This document shows, piece by piece, positions 43,254 through 55,639 of a DNA stretch of 64,000 nucleotides (position 1 is the first letter of the stretch; every line of letters starts with the position of its first letter). Under the pieces are notes generated by a model. That model was not told the origin of the DNA. It saw only the letters and a list, made by a program, of their open reading frames with translations, and searched no databases. The position numbers were made by a program, and so were the translations under genes. Origin of the DNA: Octopus vulgaris. Its lineage: Eukaryota. Where the stretch lies: NCBI GenBank assembly GCA_951406725.2, contig OX597821.1, positions 50,034,001-50,098,000 on the forward strand, written 5' to 3'.

Positions 43254-44361
43254 GCTTTACATACATAAGTACATACGTACTGGATACATACGAGTAAACA
43301 TATCTGGATATATAAATACATACGTACATACGTACGCATGTATGCAATGCATAAGTCTATCTACATACATATATACTTATTTACAACACGCACACAAACA
43401 CACGTTATACAAACGTTCGTACATAAGTGAATATTTGTGTATGTGTGTGTGACGTGCACTTACGTAGGTTAATGGTGGAGTTTCTACGTAGTTGTTTGAG
43501 CCGGTAGAAATAGCAACCAAATTCCCCCTTGTCACATCTGACTGTCATAAAAGGAAGAACGCATTTGGCGATGTTGTCATAAATATACAAAGATACAGGA
43601 TGGTCGCGGCTGAAACGCCCTTGAGCAGAAGACTGCTCAAAGACATAGGGATGTTCGGTAAGAAGCTAGATAAAAAATTAATCAACGTTGAACAGTAAGA
43701 TGGTGTATATCGTTTAGTAATAAATTTATTGAAACCACACCCACCACCACACTCCTACGCCCATCATTCTACCCACCACGCCCATCATTCTACCCACCAC
43801 GCCCACTCCCATACCCACACCCACTAATATACCCAATGCCCAACATCACCAGCTTATACACACATACTCACGTACACACAAGTACATACATAGAATCGCA
43901 CGAACCAGCGTTGAAAAAAATATACGTATGTACAATGATATTTAACACGTTCGTGTACACTCGGATGTGTAAAAGCACTTCCGTTGCAGTGATAGACTCA
44001 AGAGAAAACTCTCTTCGTAGACAACAGATGTGAAAACATATTAGGATATTGGACACGCTTCTTCGGTACTACGCACCATCAGTCACGAATACCGAGTAGC
44101 TTTTCACAACCCTATAAATATGGTTATTCTTCTATATAAAAACAGCACAGTAAATTTGGTAGTGAGCATAAAGCTTGGACAAGCTCGAAACGCATGCATC
44201 ACAAGATTTGATGATATCATTCATAATCCAATATATTTTTATACATGGTGACTACGAGGAGAATCTTCATTCGAGACTATTTCCGCAACAGAAGGTCTTT
44301 CTACGTCCGAGTGTACACGAACATGTTAAATGTAATTGTAAATTCAATATGCATATACATG

Positions 44362-44468
<107 letters not shown>

Positions 44469-45373
44469 ATGTCATGTGTAAACAAATATAAGCTTGTTTT
44501 TGAAGCGTTGAAATGTATTGTGGAACAAGTAGAAAGATAATTTCTTTCAACACGTAAATACTGAACAGTATATATAAAGGATAAAACCTTTCCATCTTCT
44601 TGCTCTGTTAAAGTATTTAAGTAAAATTATATCATTATGTCCGATTGATTAAAATTCTATTTATTTGTGCAGCTGATGATAGCTCTGCAGTTAGTTACTG
44701 AAGCAATGATTGCATTGTTCAACTAAATGGGGTTGCTTGAAACGGTGGTACTGCATCCCTTCTTGATAACCTGTTGCTTATTTTGATATCATTCACCTTA
44801 CTTCGAGCTGTGCGGATAATACCAGACTGACTTGGAGCTTCAAATTAAATACTTAATTCAACTGAATCTCAATTATATATAAAGTCTCAATATATGGATT
44901 CAACAAATACGATAGTACTCATTGAGAAGCTCCTTAATGTATCATTCTACAAAACATATAGAATATGTAGAACACTACAAGAGAAGAGGTTTAATTATAT
45001 AAGTAAAATTCGCTTCTCTTTGTTAGGAAATCATCTTATTCATTTATATTGATTTTATTATTATTATCTTCCATAACTTTTAACGTGCTATTTAAATATT
45101 GACTTCACATTCTTGAAACATTACGCCGAAACCTTAGTATTTAACAAAGGATTTTCTTTCACCTGAGAACGTAGCTTAATTTCTCCATTGTTTTAAAGCT
45201 TTATTTGCATTGCTGCAGACATGTAATTTATTTATTCTTAATTATAATAAAATAAATTATCTTTACATGCTTTAAGTTACGAAACAATTTGTTGTGATAT
45301 ATGAATTTTCCAATTGTTAAATAAATTTCATCATACCATTTCTCACGTCATTCATAACTTTATATATACATAC

Positions 45374-45454
<81 letters not shown>

Positions 45455-45459
<5 letters not shown>

Positions 45460-45790
45460 AGAGAAAAAACACTATTATTGTAATTCAAACAATGATAGAC
45501 GTAAATTATACCATATAGAAAAAATAAAATATGTGATAAAACATTTAGCTAGATCACAATAAAGTACATAATAATAAACAGTATATAAGTAATAAATAGA
45601 CTACGTACATTTCGTGGCTATATCTTCAATTCGAATTACATATAAATTTAATCGATCCAAAAACAATTCAATTTAAAAGTATAGTCACTCCTAAGGTTAA
45701 CAATAATAACAATAATAGTTAAATAAATACACATTTTTAATAAATAATCAAACATAATTAAACAATATTTCTTAAAGAAATAAAAACATG
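45455..45790 (-). mobile_element. Short non-coding insert between (TA)n tracts with a degenerate hammerhead-like motif (Penelope pLTR-like)
   Basis: Minus strand 45697-45600 reads ac-CTTAGGA-gtgactata...tatagccac-GAAA-tgtac-GTA-gt, with one core mismatch versus CUGANGA. Confidence 0.5.
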
Positions 45791-45826
45791 ATTATATATA
45801 TATATATACTTATGTGGATATATGTA

Positions 45827-46633
45827 CAGCGTGTTCGCGCTAAATTTAGGAGTTCGCATAAAAGGAAAAAAAGTAAAATATCCCGTTCCTAAATGAAGTA
45901 TTTTTAAAAATCAAAAAATATTGAGCAGGTTAAGATCTTTGGACACCTTCTTGGTCTTGACTACCATCTAGGCCTTGGTGCTACAGGCAGAGGGATTAGT
46001 GTATTTCTCAACTGTGCCCCATACATAGTAATCTACGAGATTACAATCAGGGGAATTAGGATGCCAGAAATTGGGGCTGTTAAAATCATAGAAATTCTCC
46101 GTCAACCACTTCTCACATTTTCTGGAGGTATGCCAAGGAACCAAATCTTCCTGCTACACATATGATCTTCCAGCAGCAACCCTTCCCAGCCAGGTATTGA
46201 CCACAATATCCAGCAGCTTCACATGACCGTCTGAGCCCAAGGTTCTGTTCAAAGAGATGGGGTGCACGCAGTCAGAACGCCTGTTGTGTACCTTCCTACT
46301 GCTGTTGTGTCCCTTCCTATTCCTGTTGCATCCCTTCCTACGGCATCGTAGTGTCCATCGTAGCTTTCTACATCAGTCTTAAATCCTTTACAGTGTTTAA
46401 AGAGCATTGACCAGTAGCCATGATGTCGACATTTTTGTACCCGGTGCGAGTCATCATGATTCAGGTGACTCTTTTTCAATGTTGAGGTGGATGGAGGACT
46501 CGTCCTTCATGTCAGCTAAATTTTCTCAAATACAACTTTGATCTTTGTTCTGTGATGTCCTTTACTGTCCACGAATATATCCAACTGTTTCTATAAAGAG
46601 GGGGATGTAACTCGTCAAATTTAGCCCGAACAG
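45827..46633 (-). mobile_element. Internally deleted Tc1/mariner (maT/DD37D-like) element with TIRs
   Basis: Ends are TA-cagcgtgttcgcgctaaattt and aaatttagcccgaacag. Minus-strand SPNFWHPNSPDCNLVDYYVWGTVEK matches the WPPNSPDLNPLDY motif. Confidence 0.75.
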
Positions 46634-46695
46634 TTATATACATACTTACCTATACATACATATATATACATATATATTCATATATACAGACATAC

Positions 46696-46754
<59 letters not shown>

Positions 46755-46974
46755 CGTACATACCTAAACACACACGTAATGGAGTGTAGGATGATATAAA
46801 TGATATGCCAGAAGAGGACGGGTAAGTCGTAACAACGATGAAATGGCAAGAATCTATAAAGAAAAACTCTCAGCATACGTTTTCTGCATTAGTCGTCTGT
46901 CGCTGTCATGTTTAATATTTTGCAAAAGATATTTTATTATTCAGCAAGGAATGTTTGTGTGTGTGAGAAAGGCT

Positions 46975-47069
<95 letters not shown>

Positions 47070-47151
47070 ATAGATATAAATATAGATATATATATAACGG
47101 GAAGCTTTATGAAAATAGACAAAAGACGAAGGCAAGTTTACGGAAATAAAC

Positions 47152-47183
<32 letters not shown>

Positions 47184-47194
47184 ATATGTATATC

Positions 47195-47225
<31 letters not shown>

Positions 47226-47839
47226 GCAGATATAGATATAGATATATATATATATGTGTGGGTGTATATATGTATATCTATATATCTATCTATCTATCTA
47301 TATATATGTATGTATGTATGTATGCATATGTATATGTATATTTGCATGTGTGTGTATACGTATAGATATTTTTTGTGTGTATATGTACTGTAAATATATC
47401 TGTATATATATGTGTGTGTGTATTTATATATGTATATATGTATGCATGTATATGTTTGTATATACATACACATATGTATATATATATATTTATATATGTG
47501 TATGGATATATATGTGTTTGTGTGTGTATGTATGAATATATGCCTCTGTGTGTGAGTGTGTTTGTATGTGTATGTGTGTGCGCGTGCGTGTATTCAGCAT
47601 CACCCGCACTTAAGCGTTACCCAGCTTAACGTTCATTCATTAAAACCCTCCTTTCTCTTGATAACAATATTTTTAGTGAGATGGTAACACCACTACATTA
47701 TAAGCCTAAAATATGAGAAACTATGATTCACTTAAACTCTTACGTGCACCCAAATTGTTTCAAACATTTGTTTTTTAGCCATTCTGATTGCAAACCCAAG
47801 GGATGGAAGATCAGCTAAGCAGCCGGGGAACGCATTAGA

Positions 47840-48370
47840 CTGGGCGTAAGATTGCAACTGTTGAGAGGGATTGGAAGCGGGTAAACATCAGGGGTATGTG
47901 GGTAAGTCTTTAAATTTAACCACATCAATGGATAGGACCATCGTGAATAATGCGGACAAAATAAAGCTTGCTATGGAGACCTCGTTGTTAGTATCAAGGG
48001 TTATGATTTGAGGAAAACATATGAAAGCGGTACACTTTCTATATCAGGAGAAGACAAAATGCAACGCAACATGTCACTGGGCCAACTTATAATAATGGAA
48101 AAGCAAGGAGCGTAAGAAACTTACAAGAAGATGATGGAAATAATTCAGTAACGTTCACAACTAGTAGATGTTGGTAGATTCAAACGATAACATAAACTTC
48201 TCAGCATTAGCATCTCTGATGAAAGAGCAAGTACAGGCATTCAGATAGTTACAGAAGTTCCCTATATTCTTGAGTGTATCATTGAGCATGATGCCCTATC
48301 CTGTATTCAATGAAAATGAAACGGGCCTTTTCAGGATGAGGGTACCACCATATAGCTTCATTTCCCGAGA

Positions 48371-48448
<78 letters not shown>

Positions 48449-48560
48449 AGGCTTCTGTGCTCGAGGCTGGCAAAGTTCGTTCAGCACTCTGACTTGCAGT
48501 AAATCAGAAGATTGCATGCCGTGGTCAATGATCGGTTACCATTAACAAACGTTGAGGCCA
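47840..48560 (+). mobile_element. Tigger/pogo transposase relic interrupted by (TA)n at ~48373-48442
   Basis: TIVNNADKIK (HTH), VFNENETGLFRMRVPPYSFISRE (VFNxDETGLFW motif), AGKVR and DCMPWSMIGYH. Confidence 0.7.
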
Positions 48561-48758
48561 ACGACAAGAATATTAAAATTGCACTTGCTAGTAATTTTGA
48601 AGTCAATAGAAATGAGTAACATTTGAAACATTCATCCTGCGATTTGTTTCATGCTTTTGTCTAGCAATGTAAAAAAATTAACCTCAAAAGAAAGTAACCT
48701 GCATTTCTGTCGAAATAGTTTACTTATCACTCAGTATTGATATTTTAGCTCAACGTAA

Positions 48759-49175
48759 GACGGCGAGCTGGCAGAAACGTTAGCACGAAATGCGAAATGC
48801 GTAACCGTATTTCGCCTGTCGTTACGTTCTCAGTTCAAATTCCGGCGAGGTCGACTTTGCCTTTCATCCTTTCGGGGTCGATAAATCAAGTACCAGTTAC
48901 GCACTGGGGTCGATATAATCGACTTAATCCGTTTGTCTGTCCTTGTTTGTTCCTTCTGTGTTTAGCCCCTTGTGGGTAGTAAAGAAATAGGTATTCCGCA
49001 TGCCGTTATGTTCTGAGTTCAAATTTCGCCGAGGTTGACTTTACCTTTCATCCTTTCGGGGGTTGATTAAATAAGTACCAGTTACGCACTGAGGTCGATG
49101 TAATCGATTTAAGCCCTTTGTTTGTCCTTGTTTGTCCTCTCTATGCTTAGCCCCCTGTGGGTAATAAAGAAATAA
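48759..49175 (+). mobile_element. Two tandem SINE family A copies
   Basis: Both match 30707-30937. The second copy is 5'-truncated. Confidence 0.9.
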
Positions 49176-49405
49176 ATATTATTGGGTTATATTTTACTTT
49201 CTTCATTATATTTGTTATTATATGTATGGGAGTATATATTTGTGTTTGCGTGTTTGTGCAAGTGTATATATGTGAATGTGCATATTTGTGTGAATATATA
49301 CACATGTTTAGACAAGAAATAAAATGATAGATGCACAGATGGATAGGTCAGCAAATATATTTAGTCACATAAATAGATATTTATATGTTGGCTGATATGT
49401 ATGTT

Positions 49406-49491
<86 letters not shown>

Positions 49492-49813
49492 TGTGTGTAT
49501 GTGTTTGTGTGTTTGTGTATGTTTGCACGTGTGTGTGTATGTCTGCATGCATGCATGTATGTATAACAAAATGATAATACATTATTTTTTAATTTCTCTT
49601 TCTGAAGAATTTCTAATAGGAAATTCTTAACATGTAAAGCTTTGTAACTCCTATTAGCAAATGAAACACGTGTAATTCAGTATGTGACAACTAAGGCTAC
49701 ATTCTGGATTGTAATAATGGAATAAGCAGATGTGCATCAAGAGGAATGACTTAAAAAAATAAAAGAATAAAGAATATATATATATTAAACAATATAGATA
49801 TATGTGTATGTAA

Positions 49814-49871
<58 letters not shown>

Positions 49872-50267
49872 TGTTTCGGCATATCTAGCATTGATCCCTC
49901 ACGAGTGGGACACATAACAACTGTTTCAGGGGCATCTGGTGGTGCAGATGTGTTTCATCGGGTGATAAATAAATACAACTCGTTAAAATAACACTTCCGC
50001 AATGTATCTTCTCATTTTGTAGAAAGAAAAGCAGCAAAACGAAGGAAATATCTTCATTTATATAGTCCAACAATAAAATCACAGAACCCAAAAAGGAAAT
50101 GAACATGCACTACAGCGAGAAAAGTATTAAAAATAGCTGTTAACAGATATGGATGTATAAACGCCCTCGTGTATATGCATATATATATATATTTGATTTT
50201 ATTTGTTAGGGAATAAAAAATTCGGCATAACAGGGGTTCAAATTATTCTCAATGAAGAGATATATAT

Positions 50268-51118
50268 TTTCATTTAGAGATAGTGGGCCCCTTCATCTTC
50301 GCAGGACATTGCAATATCAAGCCATAATTAAGACGTTGTAGGATAATGGAGCCATCGGTAAATTGTATATTTTCCTTTATGTTACCATCAAGTTATTTAT
50401 ATTTTATTTTATTTTGTAAATTTTAAAAAGTTATCATTCGTATCACTTGTAAATTTTGCAGTTCGTAATTAGTACTATAGCTTTTGGTCGGAAATCTTTA
50501 TTCGTCATTGCCTCCATGTTTGGTAGCATTTATTTTTATTCGTATATATTTCTCTTGCTATCCCTTTTATTTTTATTCGTATATATTTTCTTGCAATTCC
50601 TTTTATTTTTATTCGTATATATACTTTTTGGCCATTCTTTTCATTTTATATCATTTTATATTATCACAAGTATATATTTTATTTTTATTTTTAACTCTAT
50701 ATAGATTTTGTAAATTTTTCGTATTTTATTCGCATTTTTATTTTTTCATTTTTTCATTTTTATTTCTTATTTTATTTTTGTAATTTATATTTTTGTAATT
50801 TTTATTTGAATTTTTATCTGAATTATGGCTTGTACTGTAGGGTCCAGCGAACGTAATTTACACATACCTATTCTACACATAGTTATGGGTTTTTAAAAAT
50901 TAAAATATAGTTTATAGTATTGAACGATGATAAAGTGACATAAGGGCCTGACGATTGGGGTTACATTTTAAGAAGGGTTCCAGAAAAACACGGAGTGGTT
51001 TAGGAACGAGGAAATGTACCTCATGAAACACGTGTAGCCAAGTTATAAAATAGTAGGTATTCAAAATAAAAAATATTTTTTATATGGTGAGATGAAGGGG
51101 CCCACTATCTCTAAATGA
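50268..51118 (+). mobile_element. Non-coding element bounded by ~30-bp inverted repeats and containing a hammerhead motif
   Basis: ttcatttagagatagtgggccccttcatct (~50269-50298) is the reverse complement of agatgaaggggcccactatctctaaatgaa (~51090-51119). TA tracts flank the element. Confidence 0.7.
50945..51039 (+). ncRNA. Minimal type I hammerhead ribozyme motif with palindromic stem III
   Basis: Stem I ggc/gcc, CTGACGA 50948-50954, stem II tggggttacattt/aaatgtacctca, GAAA 51025-51028, palindromic CACGTG, and GTA cleavage triplet 51034-51036. Confidence 0.7.
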
Positions 51119-51122
51119 ATAA

Positions 51123-51164
<42 letters not shown>

Positions 51165-52200
51165 ATAAATATTAGGGAATAAATCCAAATTTACAGGGAA
51201 AAATCAGATTTAGGATTGAATCCAATTTTATAGTAAAATATTATATAATATTAATTAGAGACAAAACCACTATTTTGCAAATCAAACAAAGAAAGACTTA
51301 ATCCAATACATAAAAAAAAATTAATATAAATTAAATAAAATTAAATTCGCCACTACAATATATATAGTTATGAGCTACTAAGTAGTTTGATACGTTTGAG
51401 ATATTTTCTAGGGAGGTCTTAATAACGCACTTAGTGTTTCGAAGTAATCTTTTCAAACTCTGACCACATGGCCTACACAAGTTACAAGAAATAAAATAAC
51501 TTATCCATGAGTTTGCATTTCCTGAATATTTCTGATCTGGAATTCAGCAGTGCGGTGAAATTCTTAGATTTTAAAAGGACATGAAATCTTTCAGCTACGC
51601 ATAATTTGCATTTTTTTTAGATCCATTAACATATGGCATGGATTTTTCTACATGTTCCCACTTGTGGTGTGGAGTTGTTCTTCAAGCTCCATACGTGGCT
51701 AACTTTACTTTTGTTTATGTGCGGGAAAGAAGATAGGTGGTTAGCGTAGAGTCTTTAAAGAACCCTTTGCATAATTCTATGTAATGTTTTGGCTATCATG
51801 TAGCACTACTGTTATTTCTGTTTCATATGCTTCTGGTCAAGTAGGCAAGCTCCAGAATCTCAGCAGTTACGACTGAGAGTAGGTTCTTAATGGTATTTAC
51901 GGGTAATGATGCTCTTCATATTGGGGCAGCAGCTATATGATAATTTGATTGAGTCCCTATAAAAGACTTTTCTGTATTTGTGCTTTTCTGGGAAATACTT
52001 ATCAAGACAGACAAGAATCTCTACCTTCCGTTAGTTTTAAAATTTAGGAAAAAGGGAAGCGAACCAAATTATTTCCCTTGGTCTATTCATTGGTTTATTT
52101 TTATGATACATACAATTACTAGAAAGGTTTTAATATATCTTAATTTGGAGCAACTCTTAGCTGGGATATTGTTGTGGTAGAGGGCTGCTTTATCAAACAT
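51165..52200 (-). mobile_element. Decayed Penelope-like element (GIY-YIG C-terminal half + 3' region)
   Basis: Minus-strand pieces YANHLSSF, SHVWSLKNN and KCKLCVAERFHVLLKSKNFTALLNSRSEIFRKCK resemble the Penelope endonuclease C-terminus. It lies between (TA)n and (CA)n(TA)n. Confidence 0.7.
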
Positions 52201-52201
52201 T

Positions 52202-52280
<79 letters not shown>

Positions 52281-52382
52281 CAAATAGTGAAGGATTATCA
52301 AAATACTTCATAAGCTCTCTGTGTATAGATGAGTATGTATATATATATGTATGTATATACATACATACACATATATGTATGT

Positions 52383-52477
<95 letters not shown>

Positions 52478-53092
52478 CTTCCATGGGTTTAAGATGTTTG
52501 CTAATTTTATTTTTAAAAACTTTTTAAAAGTGTTATTTATTTTATTTGTCCTGTTTTATTCCTTTGAGATTTTAATATTTTATTTTAACTCGAATTTTCT
52601 CCTTTCAACCAGTATTGGGACTATTACTCCCTTATCGTTGTTTTACTATTACCCCATGGTTATTGGTAATGTTATTTCTGTTAGTATTTTGGAAGATTAT
52701 CTTATTGTGAATTTAGTAATATTACTGGTATTGATGTTATTGATGTTGATGTTGTTGATGCTGATGCTGTCACTTTCGTCATAATTGTTTTGGTATAACG
52801 CATTACTCTGCAAGTTTACTCCAATCCTCTAACATCATTACACCACTATGCTAGATTAAAAACTGAAGATTAATGTCTTAGATTCACTCATGTCAATGAA
52901 AAGTCCATATATACATATATGAATACACACACGTGTGGCGCACGCCGCGCGAGTGTGTGGGTGCACATGGGCGCGTACATATAGATGTGCTTTTCGCATG
53001 ATATTGATGCACATATTTAAGTATACGTGCACGTGAGTGGTTTTTTTTTCCATTTATGGTTTTTCAAATGCATATATTCCTACATAAATACA

Positions 53093-53131
<39 letters not shown>

Positions 53132-53445
53132 CACACATATTTATGTATGTATTATGCATGTATGTATGCATATATATATGTGTGCGTGTGTGTATGTATA
53201 TATATATATATGTATATAATTAATCAATATAGGGTGGCAAAAAAAAATTTTGTAGAATTCTTTTGCCACCAGCGGCCTAGTGGGAAAAAATTAAATAGTC
53301 ATAAACCATTTTTAAGTTCAACATCACAATCAAGGAACGGCCATAATAGGCCATTCACCCACTAGAAATAACAGCCAAAAGCTTTAACCGCAAAATAACA
53401 TCAATTCCGTAAACCAGGAGAAAATTAAAAAACATTTACCCTGTA

Positions 53446-53552
53446 ATTTCTTAGACGATGCATCGTTTCATCTACTGTTTAATGGTAAACTAACCTGATT
53501 AAATTAAATCAAGCCAATCTACCATAGGCCCTTAGATTCATCAGTAAGAAAT
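53446..53552 (-). ncRNA. Type I hammerhead ribozyme (inverted copy)
   Basis: Reverse complement of 53861-53967, with TCATCAG at 53538-53544. Confidence 0.88.
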
Positions 53553-53860
53553 AGCCAAGTCAGAACAGATATTTTCCACGAGGCATTCTCGTTGCTACCT
53601 CGGCAATATCTGACCTAAAATTTTCAAATCGTCGCACTCGCGCCAAATTTATCGGCAGCAAATAAATATAAGCCGCCGATTCCATTACGGAATTAACCAG
53701 AAAATTCATAATTAATCAATATAGGGTGGCAAAAAAAAAAAATATATTTATTTGCTGCCGATAAATTTGGCGCGAGTGCGACGATTTGAAAATTTTAGGT
53801 CAGATATTGCCGAGGTAGCAACGAGAATGCCTCGTGGAAAATATCTGTTCCGACTTGGCT

Positions 53861-53967
53861 ATTTCTTACTGATGAATCTAAGGGCCTATGGTAGATTGGC
53901 TTGATTTAATTTAATCAGGTTAGTTTACCATTAAACAGTAGATGAAACGATGCATCGTCTAAGAAAT
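53861..53967 (+). ncRNA. Type I hammerhead ribozyme
   Basis: Stem I atttctta/taagaaat (8 bp), CTGATGA 53869-53875, stem II atcta/tagat, GAAA 53944-53947, stem III cga-tgca-tcg, GTC 53957-53959. Predicted cut after C53959. Confidence 0.9.
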
Positions 53968-54355
53968 TACAGGGTAAATGTTTTTTAATTTTCTCCTGGT
54001 TTACGGAATTGATGTTATTTTGCGGTTAAAGCTTTTGGCTGTTATTTCTACTGGGTGAATGGCCTATTATGGCCGTTCCTTGATTGTGATGTTGAACTTA
54101 AAAATGGTTTATGACTATTTAATTTTTTCCCACTAGGCCGCTGGTGGCAAAAAGAATTCTACAAAATTTTTTTTTTTGCCACCCTATATTGATTAATTAT
54201 GAATTTTCTGGTTAATTCCGTAATGGAATCGGCGGCTTATATTTATTTGCTGCCGATAAATTTGGCGCGAGTGCGACGATTTGAAAATTTTAGGTCAGAT
54301 ATTGCCGAGGTAGCAACGAGAATGCCTCGTGGAAAATATCTGTTCCGACTTGGCT

Positions 54356-54462
54356 ATTTCTTACTGATGAATCTAAGGGCCTATGGTAGATTGGCTTGAT
54401 TTAATTTAATCAGGTTAGTTTACCATTAAACAGTAGATGAAACGATGCATCGTCTAAGAAAT
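54356..54462 (+). ncRNA. Type I hammerhead ribozyme (second tandem copy)
   Basis: Same sequence 495 nt downstream, with CTGATGA 54364-54370, GAAA 54439-54442 and GTC 54452-54454. Confidence 0.9.
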
Positions 54463-54580
54463 TACAGGGTAAATGTTTTTTAATTTTCTCCTGGTTTACG
54501 GAATTGATGTTATTTTGCGGTTAAAGCTTTTGGCTGTTATTTCTAGTGGGTGAATGGCCTATTATGGCCGTTCCTTGATT

Positions 54581-54655
<75 letters not shown>

Positions 54656-55377
54656 GTGTGTGTGTATGTATGTATGTATGTATATAACTACTGCGTAGTT
54701 TATCTAATTATGTATGCATGCAAATTCGTATATGATTACGTAGTTTGATCACTTGTACACATGCATATAATTGCATGTACATTTCTCTCGTATGCACGTG
54801 TTTGCAAAATAGGTTTGCATGCAAGTTATTAGCTATTAGTAAATATAAATCCATTCCTGTGGTGCACAGAATTAAATCTGATGTCCACGAAGATGTTAAT
54901 ACTCTCAAGTTGAAGAGTTTTCTATTAGGCGGTGAGGTTGGATTTACGATGTGTTGCTGTGTTCTGTAATTTCAAACGTCATTGGAGTAAATATACAATT
55001 TATAAATACCATAATGACTTTATAGTCTTCAAATCCCCGCTCTAACATCATTTGCATTATCCACATAGATTACGGCTTATTTTAGATAGGTGACCACATG
55101 CCATGTCTTACTGATAAGAACAGGCATGACATTTTACTGAAATCTTCGATGTTTATATACATATATATTTCCCCTCGGACTTTCTTGTTTTTGCCTGTTT
55201 CTCAAGAAAAACTACGCTCGAAACGTAAAACAGCTACTCTCTTTCTTTTCTGAGTGTCTTATTAATATATTGTTTGTGCTTCGTCCTCACATTTGTTTGT
55301 TCTTTTCTTTTTCTCTCTGTTCTTTTTTATATATGTATATGTACGTGTGTATACGTATATATGTGTGTATTTACATA

Positions 55378-55436
<59 letters not shown>

Positions 55437-55639
55437 TAAATATAAAATATAAATTACAAAGTGGGACAAGAACGCAAAACACACAAAGAGACGACACAAA
55501 AAAACAGACGGGTCACTCGAAAAATCTAATCTTCAATCGGGAACCGAATCATCTTAGTAATTTCGGCTGTTTAATCTCGATTGTTATATTTCGGAATGGT
55601 CATTTTGCCAGTTTAGCCAATAAAAACACACGCACTATA

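Larger units (their letters stand above)
53216..54585. mobile_element. Retrozyme-like / non-autonomous Penelope-type element: ~1.07 units inverted (53216-53742) joined head-to-head to ~1.7 tandem units (53743-54585); unit ~492-495 bp
   Basis: Near-identical repeats read directly, with period 495 on plus and 492 on minus. Each unit has a hammerhead motif, TA-rich microsatellite lies on both flanks, and there is no credible ORF. Confidence 0.85.

Noticed and set aside
54199-54399. 66-aa ORF within the hammerhead repeat
   Set aside because: No recognisable motif. It overlaps structured RNA and is short enough to arise by chance.
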